A stretch of 63,914 nucleotides of DNA, counting the filler, from Pirum gemmata (lineage: Eukaryota): the NCBI GenBank assembly GCA_002812295.1. It is 16 parts of 16 records of this genome, joined end to end, with 100 filler letters (N's around TTAATTAATTAA, not from the genome) between each part and the next. Parts side by side here need not be neighbours in the genome. Positions count along the whole stretch, not along the records: positions 47,929 to 51,542 come from PDIN01002196.1; positions 51,643 to 56,534 come from PDIN01002197.1; positions 56,635 to 60,281 come from PDIN01002198.1; positions 60,382 to 63,914 come from PDIN01002199.1; 12 more parts are not named here. One strand, given 5' to 3'. Below are positions 48,153 through 62,524 of the stretch, piece after piece; within the stretch, counting starts at the first letter, position 1; every line of letters starts with the position of its first letter. The notes under the pieces were generated by a model, which was not told where the DNA came from, did not search any database, and saw nothing but the letters and a program-made list of their open reading frames with translations. The position numbers were made by a program, and so were the translations under genes.

Positions 48153-49520
48153 CTCACGAAAATTGATAAATCTAGAAAAAAGTAGTGGAACGTTACTATT
48201 GATAATATTATTTTTATTTAAAGCAAATGATAATATTATTTTTATTTAAGGCAAATTCAATAAAAATATAGGGAAATGAAAAGATTAGCAATACTTATAT
48301 TTAATTACTTTTCCGGTATCAACGTTTTAAAGCTAGCTTTACATTCATTCTGACGAAATTAGGGTTAGAATTAGGATTAGGATTAGGATTAGGATTAAGA
48401 TTAGGATTAAGATTAAGATTAAGATTAAGATTAAGATTAGGATTAGGATTAGGATTAGGATTAGGGTTAGGATTAGGGTTAGGATTAGGGTTAGGATTAG
48501 GGTTAGAAAACAGCAGGAAGCATTAAGAATGGAAATTCTATGCTTGAAAAATATATTTTAAAAAAATTACACATCTACTGTCTTTCATCATCAAGAGCAA
48601 TAAAAGTAAGAGTGTTTAACTGTTTTGATGACGCAATAATTTTATAATTAAATTAGTCATTTTTGTAAAAAAAAAAATCACAAGTTCGATGTTCAAAAAT
48701 CAGTAAAAATAACGCACTATATAATACTACATAAAAGTTAAGTTTTTTTCGGTTTTGTTTAGACTATAAAAATAGACTATATATATATAGTCTATATATA
48801 GTCTATATATAAATTATTGCCAAAAAAGCCATAGAATATTTCTTCCAATTTTTTTAACATCTTACAAAAAACAAGAAAGAGATGACGTCATGCTATACTC
48901 TTACTTTCGTACGAAAAAAAATACTACATAAAAGTTAAGTTTTTTTCGTTTTTGTTTAGACTATATAAATAGTCTAAATATATATAGTCTATATATAGTC
49001 TATATATAAATTATTGCCAAAAAAGACATAGAATATTTCTTCCAATTTTTTTAACATCTTACAAAAAACAAGAGAGAGATGACGTCATGCTATACTCTTA
49101 CTTTCGTACGAAAAAAAAAAAAAAACCTTAAAAAAATAGCATGTTTTAACATTTGTTTTTTTACCATGGCTAGCCTAACTAAACTCTAACTAAGCTTCCG
49201 ATAGTTACATGTTTGAAAATTTGCAACTTCGAATTTTTTGAATATACATTCTATATATATATATATATATGTATTAATATCATGCATTCTTGAACAGTTT
49301 TGGACATTTTTGAACATTTTTAAACATTTTTGAACCAATTTAGTAACTGTGAGGCTTTAAAACTATAAAATTACAAATCTACAATTATCTCTCGAGTTTT
49401 TTGCTCGGAAAATATACAACTGCAGCAAGCCCGAAAAATAAGCAACTTTCCGGGAAGCTTTTAACAGTCTTTTAACTATAACCATGAAGTCTAAACTATC
49501 AGGCAAACGTGAGTGACGTC

Positions 49521-49571
<51 letters not shown>

Positions 49572-49888
49572 TATATATAATGATATGATACGTCACGACC
49601 ACTCTCAACACTTCCATATATAGCCATATTATTAATACAAAAGAAACTTCAACTTTCCTCACCCTCCCCCACACATCAAAAATATTATTATGTCGTCATC
49701 TGCGTTTTTCTCATAATTAGAACTCATGCTATAACCTAACCTTAATCTACATTCCTTATTATTATAAAACAATAATTACCCTTTGTGTTCTCCATCTGGC
49801 GACACGTAATAATCAAAGTGAGCAGTTTCATTGTTATAAACAAACCATCTTTTTTTCCATTGCTAAAAACAAAACAAAAAATCAAAGT

Positions 49889-49944
<56 letters not shown>

Positions 49945-50595
49945 AAAAAACAATTTCTTGTTTTCCCACTGATTTTGTTAGTTAGCAAGTGTGTTACTAC
50001 ATAGTGGTGATAGAATTGTGTTGAAAAGTTGGTTATGTTATTGATAGCTATTGTGTATTATTATTATTTTATATATCGAATAAGAGCAAACCTTGGATAT
50101 ATCTTCGCCACCTTATGTGTACAACTATTCTCCTGCTCTTCTAACCCTAACCCTAACCCTAACCCTAACCCTAACCCTAACCCTTACCCTAATCCTAATC
50201 CTAACCTTAACCCTAACCCTAATCCCAGCCCCAACCCTAACCCAATCTCAAAGTTAGTCCCTTAACCCTAACCCTGTCATATATAGCCTTTTTCAGTTAT
50301 TTTGTCATAATGAAATACACAATTACAAAGTACCAATTATAAAATCTATTTAATTACAACTTAATTATTTAAATATATTATTATTTATTTATTGATTTAA
50401 AAGAACCATTTTTATAAGTTTTAAAGTACCAAATGAAGTAATCACAGTGACAAAGTAAATGAGAAGAAGAATTACTCAGTATTAAAATTATATCACAAAA
50501 ACAAACCTTAAAAATGTCCTTTTCTCCTTGCTTGTATAGCCAGCCAGAAATGTTAGCTTTGGCACCAGCAGTTCTTATTGTACCCACCGTTGACT
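48153..50595 (-). CDS. PH-domain protein, internal exons 50595-50507, 49862-49780, 48171-48153
   Basis: Spliced product [51 protein letters not shown] corresponds to PH strands b1-b4. All junctions are GT-AG and in phase. Confidence 0.8.
48359..48506 (+). repeat. Telomere-derived hexamer array TTAGGA/TTAAGA/TTAGGG inside an intron
   Basis: Seen directly in the sequence. Confidence 0.85.
48723..49118. repeat. Near-identical tandem duplication (~197 bp x2) containing an AGACTATATATATATAGTCT palindrome
   Basis: ACTACATAAAAGTTAAG..GATGACGTCATGCTATACTCTTACTTTCGTACGAAAAAAA occurs twice. Confidence 0.9.
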
Positions 50596-50704
50596 CTATT
50601 TATATCATAATAAAATAATAGTACTTTTACATTTATTATATATTTATAATTATTACAACAACAACAACAACAACAACAACAACAGCAACAGCAACAGCAA
50701 CAGC

Positions 50705-50735
<31 letters not shown>

Positions 50736-50848
50736 NNNNNNNNNNNNNNNNNNNNNNNNNNNNNNNNNNNNNNNNNNNNNNNNNNNNNNNNNNNNNNNNN
50801 NNNNNNNNNNNNNNNNNNNNNNNNNNNNNNNNNNNNNNNNNNNNNNNN

Positions 50849-50958
<110 letters not shown>

Positions 50959-51659
50959 CATTATCATCACCAACACCACAAACACAAACACAAACACATC
51001 CATAACAACCATAATCATCACCATCACCACAGCCACAATCATAACAACACTAACCCCAATAACAACCACAACAAACACAGAAACCACGACAACAAACACA
51101 ATCATCACACTCATCACAATCACTGCATCACTGCAACTAGCTCAGTAGTTATCGCTATAGCAATTGTAAAAGTTTTATTAGTATTATAGTTGCCATTATG
51201 GATATTTCTATTGATGTTTATACTCTTGTTATATTTGTTCCACTTTGCTGTTTACTACTGTTAATTAAAAAAACCCCATTATAAATTAATTTTGATTTCT
51301 TATCGTAAATTATTTAAATTTTTTTAAAGTTTTAGAACTTGATTCGCAATTTCATTATTATTTATTCTAGATTATTTTGTAAACACAATAAAATTTAAAC
51401 AATCAATTTATGGTTGGGGTTGGGGTTAGGGTAAGGGTTAGGGTTAGTGTTAGGGTTAGGTTCAACAATCTATTCATTCCGTTTTTCAAAAACATTAGAG
51501 AGAGAACGATAATAAAAATGATAATACTAATACTAATACTAANNNNNNNNNNNNNNNNNNNNNNNNNNNNNNNNNNNNNNNNNNNNTTAATTAATTAANN
51601 NNNNNNNNNNNNNNNNNNNNNNNNNNNNNNNNNNNNNNNNNNAACAAAACCAAAAAAAA

Positions 51660-51783
<124 letters not shown>

Positions 51784-51920
51784 AAAAGAAAGCAAAGCAA
51801 AATTAATAAAAACAAAACCAAAACTAAGATAATATCACAACCATAGAATAATGACCATCATAACAATAATAGTAATACAAATTAAAAATTTTCAAAAACA
51901 AACAAGAAAAAAGTAAAAAC

Positions 51921-53622
51921 CTATCATCAAGCCAATTCCTCGAACTTCTTTTATTATATCACTATGTTTTTCTTGTAGACAACGTAAATTACCTAAATCG
52001 TTTTAGTAATGCAAATAAATACAATATAGCTATATTATAATCACCGTATTCATAATTACATTAATGGTGGTAATAATTGAACCAATAACAATAATAGCAA
52101 TAAATGATAAATGATAAAAAAAGACAACCAATAAAAAAGTAAAATCAAAAGCAAAAGCAAAAAACAGGTAAATAAAACATAGGTGTTACAATCACTGTAA
52201 TTAATAACTAAACCAATAGTAATAATAGCAATATATTATAAATTAAAAATGATAACAATAACCAACAAAACAGTAAAAGTAAAATTAAAAACAAACAACG
52301 AGAAAAATTAAACAAACAAACAAATAAATAAATAAATAAATAAATAAATAAATACACAAATACACAAACAAACAACAAAACAAACAAACAAACAAGCAAA
52401 CGAACAAAACCAACCGAACAAACAAACGAACGAACAAACAACCAACCAAACAAACAAACAAACAAACAAACAAACAAACAAACAAACAAACAAACAAAGA
52501 CAAACAAACAAACAAACAAGCAAACAAACAAAGCCAAAAAAAAAAATGCATACCCATTAAATAAGAAGATACATTTTGAACACTAGTCAAAAACACGGGT
52601 TCGGAAATCTGTTGCACCACTGTATCAGCTGCTGCACAAACTAAAGGACCGCCGCTAAAAGTAGAGCCATGGTCACCCGGTTTTAGACTGTTTATATTTA
52701 GAGGGAGAAAATTAATTGAGAAATATTTCCTCGAAAAATTGAACTTAAATAAGTAATAATTAATTTTGCTTTTGTGAACGAATCGAACCTAGGTATTTCT
52801 TATTCGAAAATAACAAATAAATTAAAAATACTGGACAAAACCACAAAATCAAAAAAAAAAACCACAAAACCACAAAACTACAAAACTACAAACCCACAAA
52901 CTAGAAAACTAGAAAACTAGAAAACTAGAAAACCACAAAACCACAAAACCACAAAACCACAAAACCACAAAACCACAAAACCACAAAACCACAAAACCAC
53001 AAAACATAAAAATATTAAAAAATCAAAACATGAAAACAACAAAACAACACAATATCAAAATCAAAAGACCAAAAAGACAAAAAGACCAACAAAATTACCA
53101 ATTTCCAACTTCAGCTGTTACCATTACTGCACCGATTGGCAATCCATTAGCCATTGGTTTTGCAGCTGTCAGAATATCTATATAAATAACAAAAAAGGGA
53201 GATTAAATAATAAGCAATCGAACTTAAATAAATAATAATTAATTTTGATTTTGTGAACAAATCGAATCTTAAGTATTTCTTAATGAATTTTGACATATAA
53301 ATATAACGAATAATTTACTAACAAATTTGAAAAACCACAAGACCGCAATGATAATGATAATTATAATGATAATGATAATGATAATGATAATGACAATGAT
53401 ATAATCATAATCATAATCATAATCATAATCATAAAGAAAATAGTGACGGTAATGGTGATAATGATGATAATAACAATTGTAATGGTAATGGTAATGGTAA
53501 TGGTAATGGTAATGGTAATACTAATGGTAATACTAATGGTAATACTAATGGTAATGGTAATGGTAATGGTAATGGTAATGGTAATGGTAATGAAAAGTAA
53601 TGGTAATGAAAATGATGATGAC

Positions 53623-53675
<53 letters not shown>

Positions 53676-55354
53676 CGATGATGATAACCTGGTTTTACAT
53701 CATAAATAGGATTCTGATATGCCCATAAATAACCCGTACGGCCCATCCCACACTGGAAAATAAGGAAACTTAGGTTAGTTTACATGTTATTGGACTAACC
53801 GCGCAAAGTTCAACTAGGTCAAAAATTTTACAAACACTAAGATGGAAGTAGAACCTTGAAAAACAAGACAAGATGATATTGTACTAAACAAAAATAATGC
53901 AAAGACGAAAAAGTTATTTGAGAGCACACACCAACAAAATAATGAAAAAATAAAAAGCTAGTCGACAGCAATTTAAGATGGAAGTAGAACAAAATGAAAC
54001 AAATAGAATAATACTATAATACAAACATGAAAAAGCTTTTTGAGAGTACATTGAAGTAGAACAAAACAAAATAAAACTGGATAATTACACTCTTTAACAA
54101 AATAATGCAAACATGAAAAAGCTTTTTAAAAACACGAAAATCAACGAATTTGAGAGCGCACTTTAAGATGGAAGTAGAACAAAATAAAATGCAACAGGAT
54201 GATTACACTCAACAAAATAATGCAAACATGAAAAAGCTTTTTGTTAGCAGATTGAAGTAGAACAAAATAAAATAAAACAGGATAATTACATTCGACAAAA
54301 TAATGCAAACCTGAAAATGCTTTTTGAGAGCACATTGAAGAAAAATAAAATAAATAAAAAAGGATAATTACTCTCAACAAAATAATGCAAACATGAAAAA
54401 GCTTTTTGAGAACACATTAAAATAGAACAAAACCAATACAGGATAATATTACACCAAACAAAATAATGAAAACATGAAAAAGTTATTTGAAACCACTTTT
54501 AAGATGAAAGTAGAACAAAATAAAATAAGACAGGATAATATTACACTAAACAAAACAATACACGCATGAAAAAGTTATTTAAGAGCACTTTTTAAGATGG
54601 AAGTAAAACAAAATAAAATAAGACAGGATAATATTGCACTAAACAAAATAATACAAACATGAAAAAGTTATTTGAGAGATTGAAGTAGAACGAAATAAAA
54701 TAAGACAGGATAATATTACACTAAACAAAATAATACAAACATGAAAAAGCTATTTTATAGTAAGAACTACACAATCGTTTGACACAGATATGTATGAGAA
54801 CTGTTAGGTTGAAAAAAAAAAGATTGAAACAAAACAAAAAATACTTCGATGTTACCTGTACTTCATCAAAGCACAGTAATGCATTGTATTTGTCACACAG
54901 TTTTCGTAACCCTGTAACAGCAAATATTAAACCGATGCTTAATTCCCACATAAATGCCAAACACTGTACTTTGACACCCTATAATCTGACTAATTAATTG
55001 ATATTGAAATAGAAATTCCAAAATGCTTTTTAGATATCAATTAGTCAGATTATAGGGGGCCGGATTATAAGGATCGGATTATAGGGGATCGGATTATAGG
55101 GGATTGAATTATAGGGAATCGGATTATAGGGGATCGGATTACAGGGGATCGGATTATAGGGGATCGGATTATAGGGGATCGGATTATAGGGGATCGGATT
55201 ATAGGGGATCGGATTATAGGGGATCGGATTATAGAACGTCAAATTATAGGGGGTCGGATTATAGGGGTCAGATATAGGGGGTCAGATTATTGGGCTCGGG
55301 TTATGGGGACCGTCAACTCACCTTTCAAGAAAGCAGGATCAGCTGGGACGATTC
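51921..55354 (-). CDS. argD: Acetylornithine aminotransferase (class III PLP enzyme), six internal exons
   Basis: Exons 55354-55322, 54911-54856, 53752-53689, 53177-53099, 52687-52554 and 51992-51921. Product: [81 protein letters not shown]. Confidence 0.93.
53835..54755. repeat. Intronic minisatellite, ~80-90-bp unit, about 10 copies
   Basis: Recurring AACAAAATAATGCAAACATGAAAAAGCTTTTTGAGAGCAC..GAAGTAGAACAAAATAAAAT..CAGGATAAT. Confidence 0.88.
55044..55310. repeat. Intronic 15-bp tandem repeat (GGGGATCGGATTATA)n, ~17 copies
   Basis: Seen directly, with degenerate units at both ends. Confidence 0.92.
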
Positions 55355-55670
55355 CTAATAACAAAACCAAAAAAAAACAGGTTATAAGTAACGAGACTAC
55401 AAATATTATTTATTCCTAATATTATTTATTATTGTTATTATTATTTATTANGTAAAAGCCTTATAACATTTATACCTAGCAATAAACATTATTAATAAAA
55501 ATAAAAATAAAAAGACAAAAATTATTGTTTTTTTCTTTTTGGTCTAGATATGGAGGGAATTTTTGAATTTTTGAAATTTAAGGATTCGGGATATGTATTA
55601 TATTGTTTAAAGTGTTTTGTTTAATTTGACAATTCATAATTTTTCTTAACTTGATCACAATATAACATAC

Positions 55671-55751
55671 CTGCAGTGATCACGAGTAATCCTTTATCTC
55701 TAGCCAAACTTATAACATCAGCAATTTTCTCGCTGTTTTTCATTTCAATAC
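55671..55751 (-). CDS. argD: Acetylornithine aminotransferase exon that logically follows exon 51992-51921 (out of order)
   Basis: AG|GT ATT GAA..GCA G|GT reads GIEMKNSEKIADVISLARDKGLLVITAG. It is phase-compatible with ..GLMI G. Confidence 0.8.
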
Positions 55752-56033
55752 CTAATCAATAAAAACATTGTCAAATATATTCAGTAAAATAAAAAGAAAC
55801 AACAAAAACAAAAAAAAATAAAATAAAAAACTAAAAAAAACCCAAACTAAACTAAACTAAACTAAACTAAAACTAAACCAAACGAAATCAAACCAAACTA
55901 AACCAAACTAAACTCAAACGAAATCAACTCAAACCAAACCAAACCAAACCAAACCAAACCAAACCAAACCAAACAAAACAAAACCAAACAAAACAAAACA
56001 AAACCAAACAAAANNNNNNNNNNNNNNNNNNNN

Positions 56034-56094
<61 letters not shown>

Positions 56095-56106
56095 TGATTT
56101 TATTAG

Positions 56107-56189
56107 GTATCTGGATTTGAGGCGTTATGGCTCTGCTCCCCATGGTGGATTTGGTTTGGGTGTAGACAGGCTGATACAACATGTTTTAG
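56107..56189 (+). CDS. asnS: Asparaginyl-tRNA synthetase exon (class II motif 3 region)
   Basis: AG-/GT-bounded exon [28 protein letters not shown]. Confidence 0.85.
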
Positions 56190-56651
56190 GTTGAATAATT
56201 AATGTTTTTATTTTACTTTATTTTATTTGTTATTTGCTATAGTTTCTTTAATTTGTTTAATTTATTAATGTCATTCGTAACATTTATCTCTGTTTTTATT
56301 GCTTTTACTGTTAATAATGTCTTGTAGCAGAAATTAAAGAATAATAATGATAATGATAATAGTAATGATAATATGATAATAATAAATATTTCAAGAATTT
56401 GATAGTACCAATAATAACAATGATTATAATTATCATCATGGGAATAATAATAACAATAATAATATATTTATTTATTTTTAATTATTTTTTTTGTCTTATT
56501 GTTATTGTTATTGTTATTGTTATTGTTATTGTTANNNNNNNNNNNNNNNNNNNNNNNNNNNNNNNNNNNNNNNNNNNNTTAATTAATTAANNNNNNNNNN
56601 NNNNNNNNNNNNNNNNNNNNNNNNNNNNNNNNNNAACCCTAACCCTAACCC

Positions 56652-56688
<37 letters not shown>

Positions 56689-57581
56689 GGTTGTTTTCAT
56701 TGTTTCTATTTCAATATAAATTATTTATCAATATGCTGTCTGTAATTATTACAGAGATCACTGCAGCCACTACTACTAGCTACTAGCTAGCTAGCATGAT
56801 ATGCCATAGTCTAGTTAGTATGATATGATATCATTGTTATCGATAGTACTATGATACTCAGCTGCTACTATCATACTAGTCTAGCTATCATAGTAGACCC
56901 CCCGCGGGGGGGTCTACCTACTACTAGCTGGCAAAATAGTCTGCAAAGGTGACTCATAGATAGACTAATAAATAAGTGCAACGATGATTAATATTAATAT
57001 TGTAACAGCTAGACCAAGGATTTGAATTATTTCAAAAGAAGTCGTTGTAACTTGTAACCTTCAGGCAACTTCAGAGTCCAGCTAGCTAGCTAGCTAGCTA
57101 GAGGGTTCAATGGAGTGGATTGTTTGCGAGGGATACAATGCAGAACGTCCTGGTTACCTCGTATAAATAAGTTTCGGTTGACCATTCATGATAGTAAGAG
57201 TGTATGATATAATATATCAGTAATAGTAAAGTGTGGATATCATATGCCAGACTCCCTTTTTTTTTTTTCTAAAAAGAAAGTTTATTTTTTTTTTAAAGTT
57301 CCTGTTTACCTTTATATTAAATATGGAGGACCAGTAGGTTATAGTATATTTGTTACAGTTATATAGTAAAATTAAAGTTTCATAATACTTTGGTATCGAT
57401 ATAAGTTAATGATTTGATTGTCAGTTGGTTTTGACTTATACTTTTCATAATGACACCATAATCATGTATGCTACTAGCTAGCTAGTCTATTATTAGTAGT
57501 AGCTACAGTAGCGAGCTACTGCTACTAGCTAGTAGAAAACTATTCGAAATTTGATTTATAATACTATCATAATAATTATGA

Positions 57582-57709
57582 TACGAAACGCCAATTTCCG
57601 GTCAAGTATAGCTTGAACTACCTACCCCTCGGCGGTGTTAATTTCTGGTCAAATACCACCTACCCACCTACCTCTTGACGTGACGTTACTGACGCATTAT
57701 TTGAACGCT
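57582..57709. mobile_element. Zator-related MITE, second copy
   Basis: Shares AACGCCAATTT, TTTCTGG.CAAATAC and ACCACCTACC..TTGACGTGACGT with 17500-17606. It ends TTATTTGAACGCT, the inverse of AGCGTTCAA. Confidence 0.65.
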
Positions 57710-57936
57710 AATCTACCACTGGCTAGTAGCTAGCTAGCTAGCTATGATAGCTGTCGATATAACATGATAATATGATAGCTATCATAGCTACTAGTATGAT
57801 ATCGATAGTAGCTAGCTAGTAGCTACTAGTCTGGTCTACTTATTATTATGATAATACATCTGATATGTAATATAATATTATGATAATATCACGTGATATC
57901 TATAATATAAAAAAAGTGCTGGTAGGTCTGCCGGTA

Positions 57937-58117
57937 GTGCTTTTCAGTTGTTTTGCCATTATAAAATAAACAATAAATAGTACCAAATTAATACAATATA
58001 AATCCATTTAATTTAATTTGGTATATTTTATTATCTATGTATTGATTTAAAAATGTCAATTTAAATATTATAACCCTCCAAATAAATATTCAGAGTGACA
58101 AAATTAATGAAAAGAAC
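57937..58117 (+). mobile_element. MITE family B copy
   Basis: GTGCTTTTCAGTTGTTTTGCC...TGAAAAGAAC, colinear with 15610-15790. Confidence 0.8.
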
Positions 58118-60249
58118 GATATGATTATAGACTATATCACAGCTTTTTATTTTAATATTATTATAGACTATAGACTATCACCTAGACTATATCACTAGCT
58201 AGCTAGCTAGCAAGACGTACTCAGTAGATATTTATAAATAATATATCGTATAATTTCACGGCTTATTTCAAGTCTATAATAGACCCACTCTATATCATAA
58301 TCGATATAACTTCGAGTGTCTTCGACAGTATCATAATTATTTTAATAGTCTATTTCAAGTAGAGATGTGTATCTGATGTGTATGATAATGTATGATACCA
58401 GTAGTCTGACTGGGTGGTCTGGGTGGTGGTGTTAAAAATGCTTTAGAATATAATTAATATATGATATATATATCTGATATTTTAAAATATATATCGCTTG
58501 GAGGAAGAGCTTGGAGACTTTATTCTTACAGGACTCGGGACAGGAGAGTTTCCAAAGTATTTCCCACTTTCCGTTGAATAGAGTTTTGAATCGAGTTGAA
58601 AAGCATGGCTTTTGCAGCTGCAGGTGCAGGTATCAATTAAACTTGGGTTTAAAATTGTGCCAAAATAATATGTTGTACTCTTTACTACCCGATAATGTGT
58701 ATTGTTCGTATCATCTATGACACAATGTTGTGTGTTTTGTTAGCTTGGGCGTTTTGAGTAACGTTTCATTGATGCCTTTTTATTAGTTCCATTTATTATC
58801 ATTAATTTTTCGTTTTCATCATGAATTACTTAAGCTTACTTTTCCTAGAGCTTTAGTTTTGTTGGGAAATTCATATGATATTATAATATGTTTTTAACAT
58901 TAGTTGTGTCAGAACTATTTGAAGATTCCAACGGGTAGTATATAATTGGTATTACTATAGTTACTAGATTATTAAATTGGTATTTTACTATAGCTAATGA
59001 ATTAGTGTACGTAATAAATATGGTTTTATTAAAGTGTTAATCAATTCTATTTCTTTGATGTGTCTTTGTTAGTCCACTATAGAGTTCTATTCATAATTAA
59101 TCGTATACTTTAATTAAGAATAAATATTATATATTATATATTGTTGAATAATCTTACTTTTTAATTAATGTTAAATGTTTTATTAATAACTGTAAATTAA
59201 TGTTGCTTTTTAATTAATGTTAATATTAATAATTGATGTTAGCTTTTGATCAATTCATATGTCTATTGTTAAATGGCGTTTAATTGTTAAACGGTATTGA
59301 TTGATGTTATAATTAATTGATATAATATTAAATAGTATTGTATGTTTTTTGTTACTTAAATTAATATGTAATTTTTAATGTTTAATTATTTAAGTGCTGT
59401 TAATTACTAATCAACGTTTGTGAATTGGTATTATAATATTTGATTACTGTTTTTCAATCATTAATTGATGTTGATAGGATATGTAATTGCTAATGTTAAT
59501 TGTCAATTCATGTTATTCAATTAAAGTTAAGCTTTAGGTTAAAAGCTTTTACAGTTGGGGTTAAGGTTGAGGTGCTGTTTCAGCTCGATTATTCGAATAA
59601 TATTGTTGAATAAGCTCGAAGCTAGGCAAAAATACCAATTCGAATATAGGGTACTATATAGACTATCACCACTACCAAAATTAATTATGTCAAGATTTTT
59701 TTTATTATAATAACAAGATTTTAATTATTATCAAATAATAAATAATAAAAATCTTTCGGTTTTTTATTATACGTATAACAAACAGCTGATCATTATCATT
59801 ATTATCATTTTTAATAATATACAATGTATTACACATCGTTGTCGGCATAGCGCAATATTCATAGAAGCTGTTTTCGGGGCTTTTTCCTCAGTTTCGTTAT
59901 AATACATTGCCGTTTTTAAAACAGGTTAAACGATAGTCAAACGAGAGGAATCATAGCTTTTAATTTTAATTAAAAAGAGAAAACTATCGATTTCTAACAA
60001 CTTGTTTCTAAAGACTTAACTGTAGAAAAGTTACCTATATAGTCCTAGAGAGCAAATCTATTTTTTATAATAACAATCATTAATGGTAATAATTATAAGC
60101 GCAGTACACAAGTTACGGTAATCCTTTTCACTATTTTTCTTGAAAATTGGACAATCAAGGCCATTATAATCATGTGTGAGCGTGACCGTTAATATAATTA
60201 GCACAGATTTATCACAACACCATCATAATAACTCTACTTGAATTCGAAT

Positions 60250-60281
<32 letters not shown>

Positions 60282-61624
60282 NNNNNNNNNNNNNNNNNNN
60301 NNNNNNNNNNNNNNNNNNNNNNNNNTTAATTAATTAANNNNNNNNNNNNNNNNNNNNNNNNNNNNNNNNNNNNNNNNNNNNATTATTATTATTGTATTGT
60401 GTTATTTAAAATAAAGGTACAAATACTGATAGTAATAATACTAGTGACAGTGATAGTAGTGATAGTGATAGTGATAGTGAAAGTGATAGTAATACTGATA
60501 TTGGCAACGGCAATGATAATGATAACGATAATAATGGTATTGATATTGAAAAACTGTTTTACTGATATTGATCTTGTTAATTGGTAATGTTAGTTTTTTT
60601 TGTTTGAATATTGTTTTTATTATATATGGTGGACGCAACTTATACATAACAGTATCTGCCCCCTTCTTTGTTGGGGCATCCCCAGTATACCTATCGAAAT
60701 TTTAAACGTATAAATCCCTTCCTTTTAACGAGCTGAGTAATCTGATCACTTCAAAATAAAAATCGAACAAGCAGAAAAAAAAAAAATGTGTACAACGAAC
60801 CGACAAAAATTTACCATTTTTTTCACAAAATTAATTAGACAATCGTATGATGATGAAACTTGGTGGAAATAATCCTTTTGATAAAAAAACAAGATTCGTA
60901 TGTATGATAAAAAAAAAAAAAACTGAGAAAAAAATATATTATTATCTAGCAATTAGCCTAAAAACGCCCAACTATTTTTCTATTAGTTTTAAAAATAGTC
61001 CTTCCTTTTTTTTATGTTTGAAAATTTCAAATCTATTTATTAAATATCTATTACACTTTTTATCATCGAAAACTATAAATTCTAGTGAAACCGAAAAGTT
61101 GGACGTTTTTAATTAATTGTTTGTACCATAATAAAAAATTGTCATGTGACATACGTCATACGACACACTCTTGAACTTGAAAAAAATCAAAAGGTAAAAA
61201 AAAATTATTTATTTATGTTATCAAGAGAAATAATTATTTTATTAATGAATAAATTACGTAATTTTTTAAAATAAAATTATAGACCAGCTGTATCTGAAAT
61301 ATCAGACATGTTTTAATAAATTTTATATTTTATAAACAAGTTCAGTTATAATATTAACATATATTAATATACACTTAAACATTTACCAACTGCAATGAAA
61401 TAAACGATATTATCCTAGCGATATTATCATAGTACTAGTAAACAAGTTCAGTTATAATATTAAAATGTATATATAATTAATAATATATTAATACACTTAA
61501 ACATTTATTAATACCAAATTAAAGATTGAGAGGGCAACTACAATGAAATAGACGATATTATCCTAGCGATATTAATATTATCATAGTACTAGTGATAAGT
61601 GATATCGATGGCTACTAGTATTAA

Positions 61625-61791
61625 GTGCTTTCCATTTTTTTTTGTCAATCTGATCATGATTATTTATTTGGTTGGTTATAATATTTAAATTGGCATTTTT
61701 AAATGTATAAATAGATTATAAAATGGATATTATATTATATTTTAATTATATTGTATTAATATTAATTTTTATAATTTGATCCGAAAAGCAC
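61625..61791 (-). mobile_element. MITE family B copy (diverged, internally deleted)
   Basis: GTGCTTTCCAT..TTGGTTATAATATTTAAA..CATTTTTAAATG..GAAAAGCAC. Confidence 0.65.
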
Positions 61792-62524
61792 AATAATACT
61801 AGTACTATACCGGTATGCATAGTAGTCTGCTGTTAGCTAAACAAATAAAGTTATACCAAATTTAGTTAGGGTTAGGGTTTTTGAAAAAAGGTTTTTGAAA
61901 GCTGAGAAACAGTTATTTTTATTAAAATATAATATTATAATATTAAAATATTAATATAATACTTTTTTATTATTATACACTAAAGAATTCGAAGATGAAA
62001 GTTGAAATGACGTCAGCTTTCCCAAGCTTGGGTCAGTCAGGGTTAGGGTTAGGGTTAGGGTTAGCTATAGGGGGGATAAATCATACATAAGTAACTATAA
62101 ATCATTTTTTCATCGTAAACAAATTAATTAAACCCAAAGCAGTAATTATATTTATGTTATATTTAATTAAAATGTTATATAATATTAATATATATTTCAA
62201 AATTTATTAATATAATTATTATGTATTGTATTAATTATAATATTTTAATATACACGTGCACTATTATTATTTTATTAATATTAATATTAATTAATAGTAT
62301 ATATTAATTAATATATTTAATATTAATATTATTATTGTAAAATTAATGAATAATTACATTTTTATTTAGGGCAGCACCTTTATCAGTCATTAATATTAGC
62401 CGTCTTTTTGCCCCAAATTAAATAATTTTATTTGTCAATAGACCAGACTTACATAAATGAAAAGCACAATAATGACTACAAATGATGTTGTTGTCACTTT
62501 TTTTCAAACTTTGTGGGTGTAGAA

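Noticed and set aside
53835..54755. Repeat array as CRISPR
   Set aside because: The units are wholly homologous with no unique spacers, they lie in a eukaryotic intron, and there are no cas genes.
55045..55242. ORF of PIPYN repeats
   Set aside because: It is the translation of an intronic 15-bp minisatellite inside argD.
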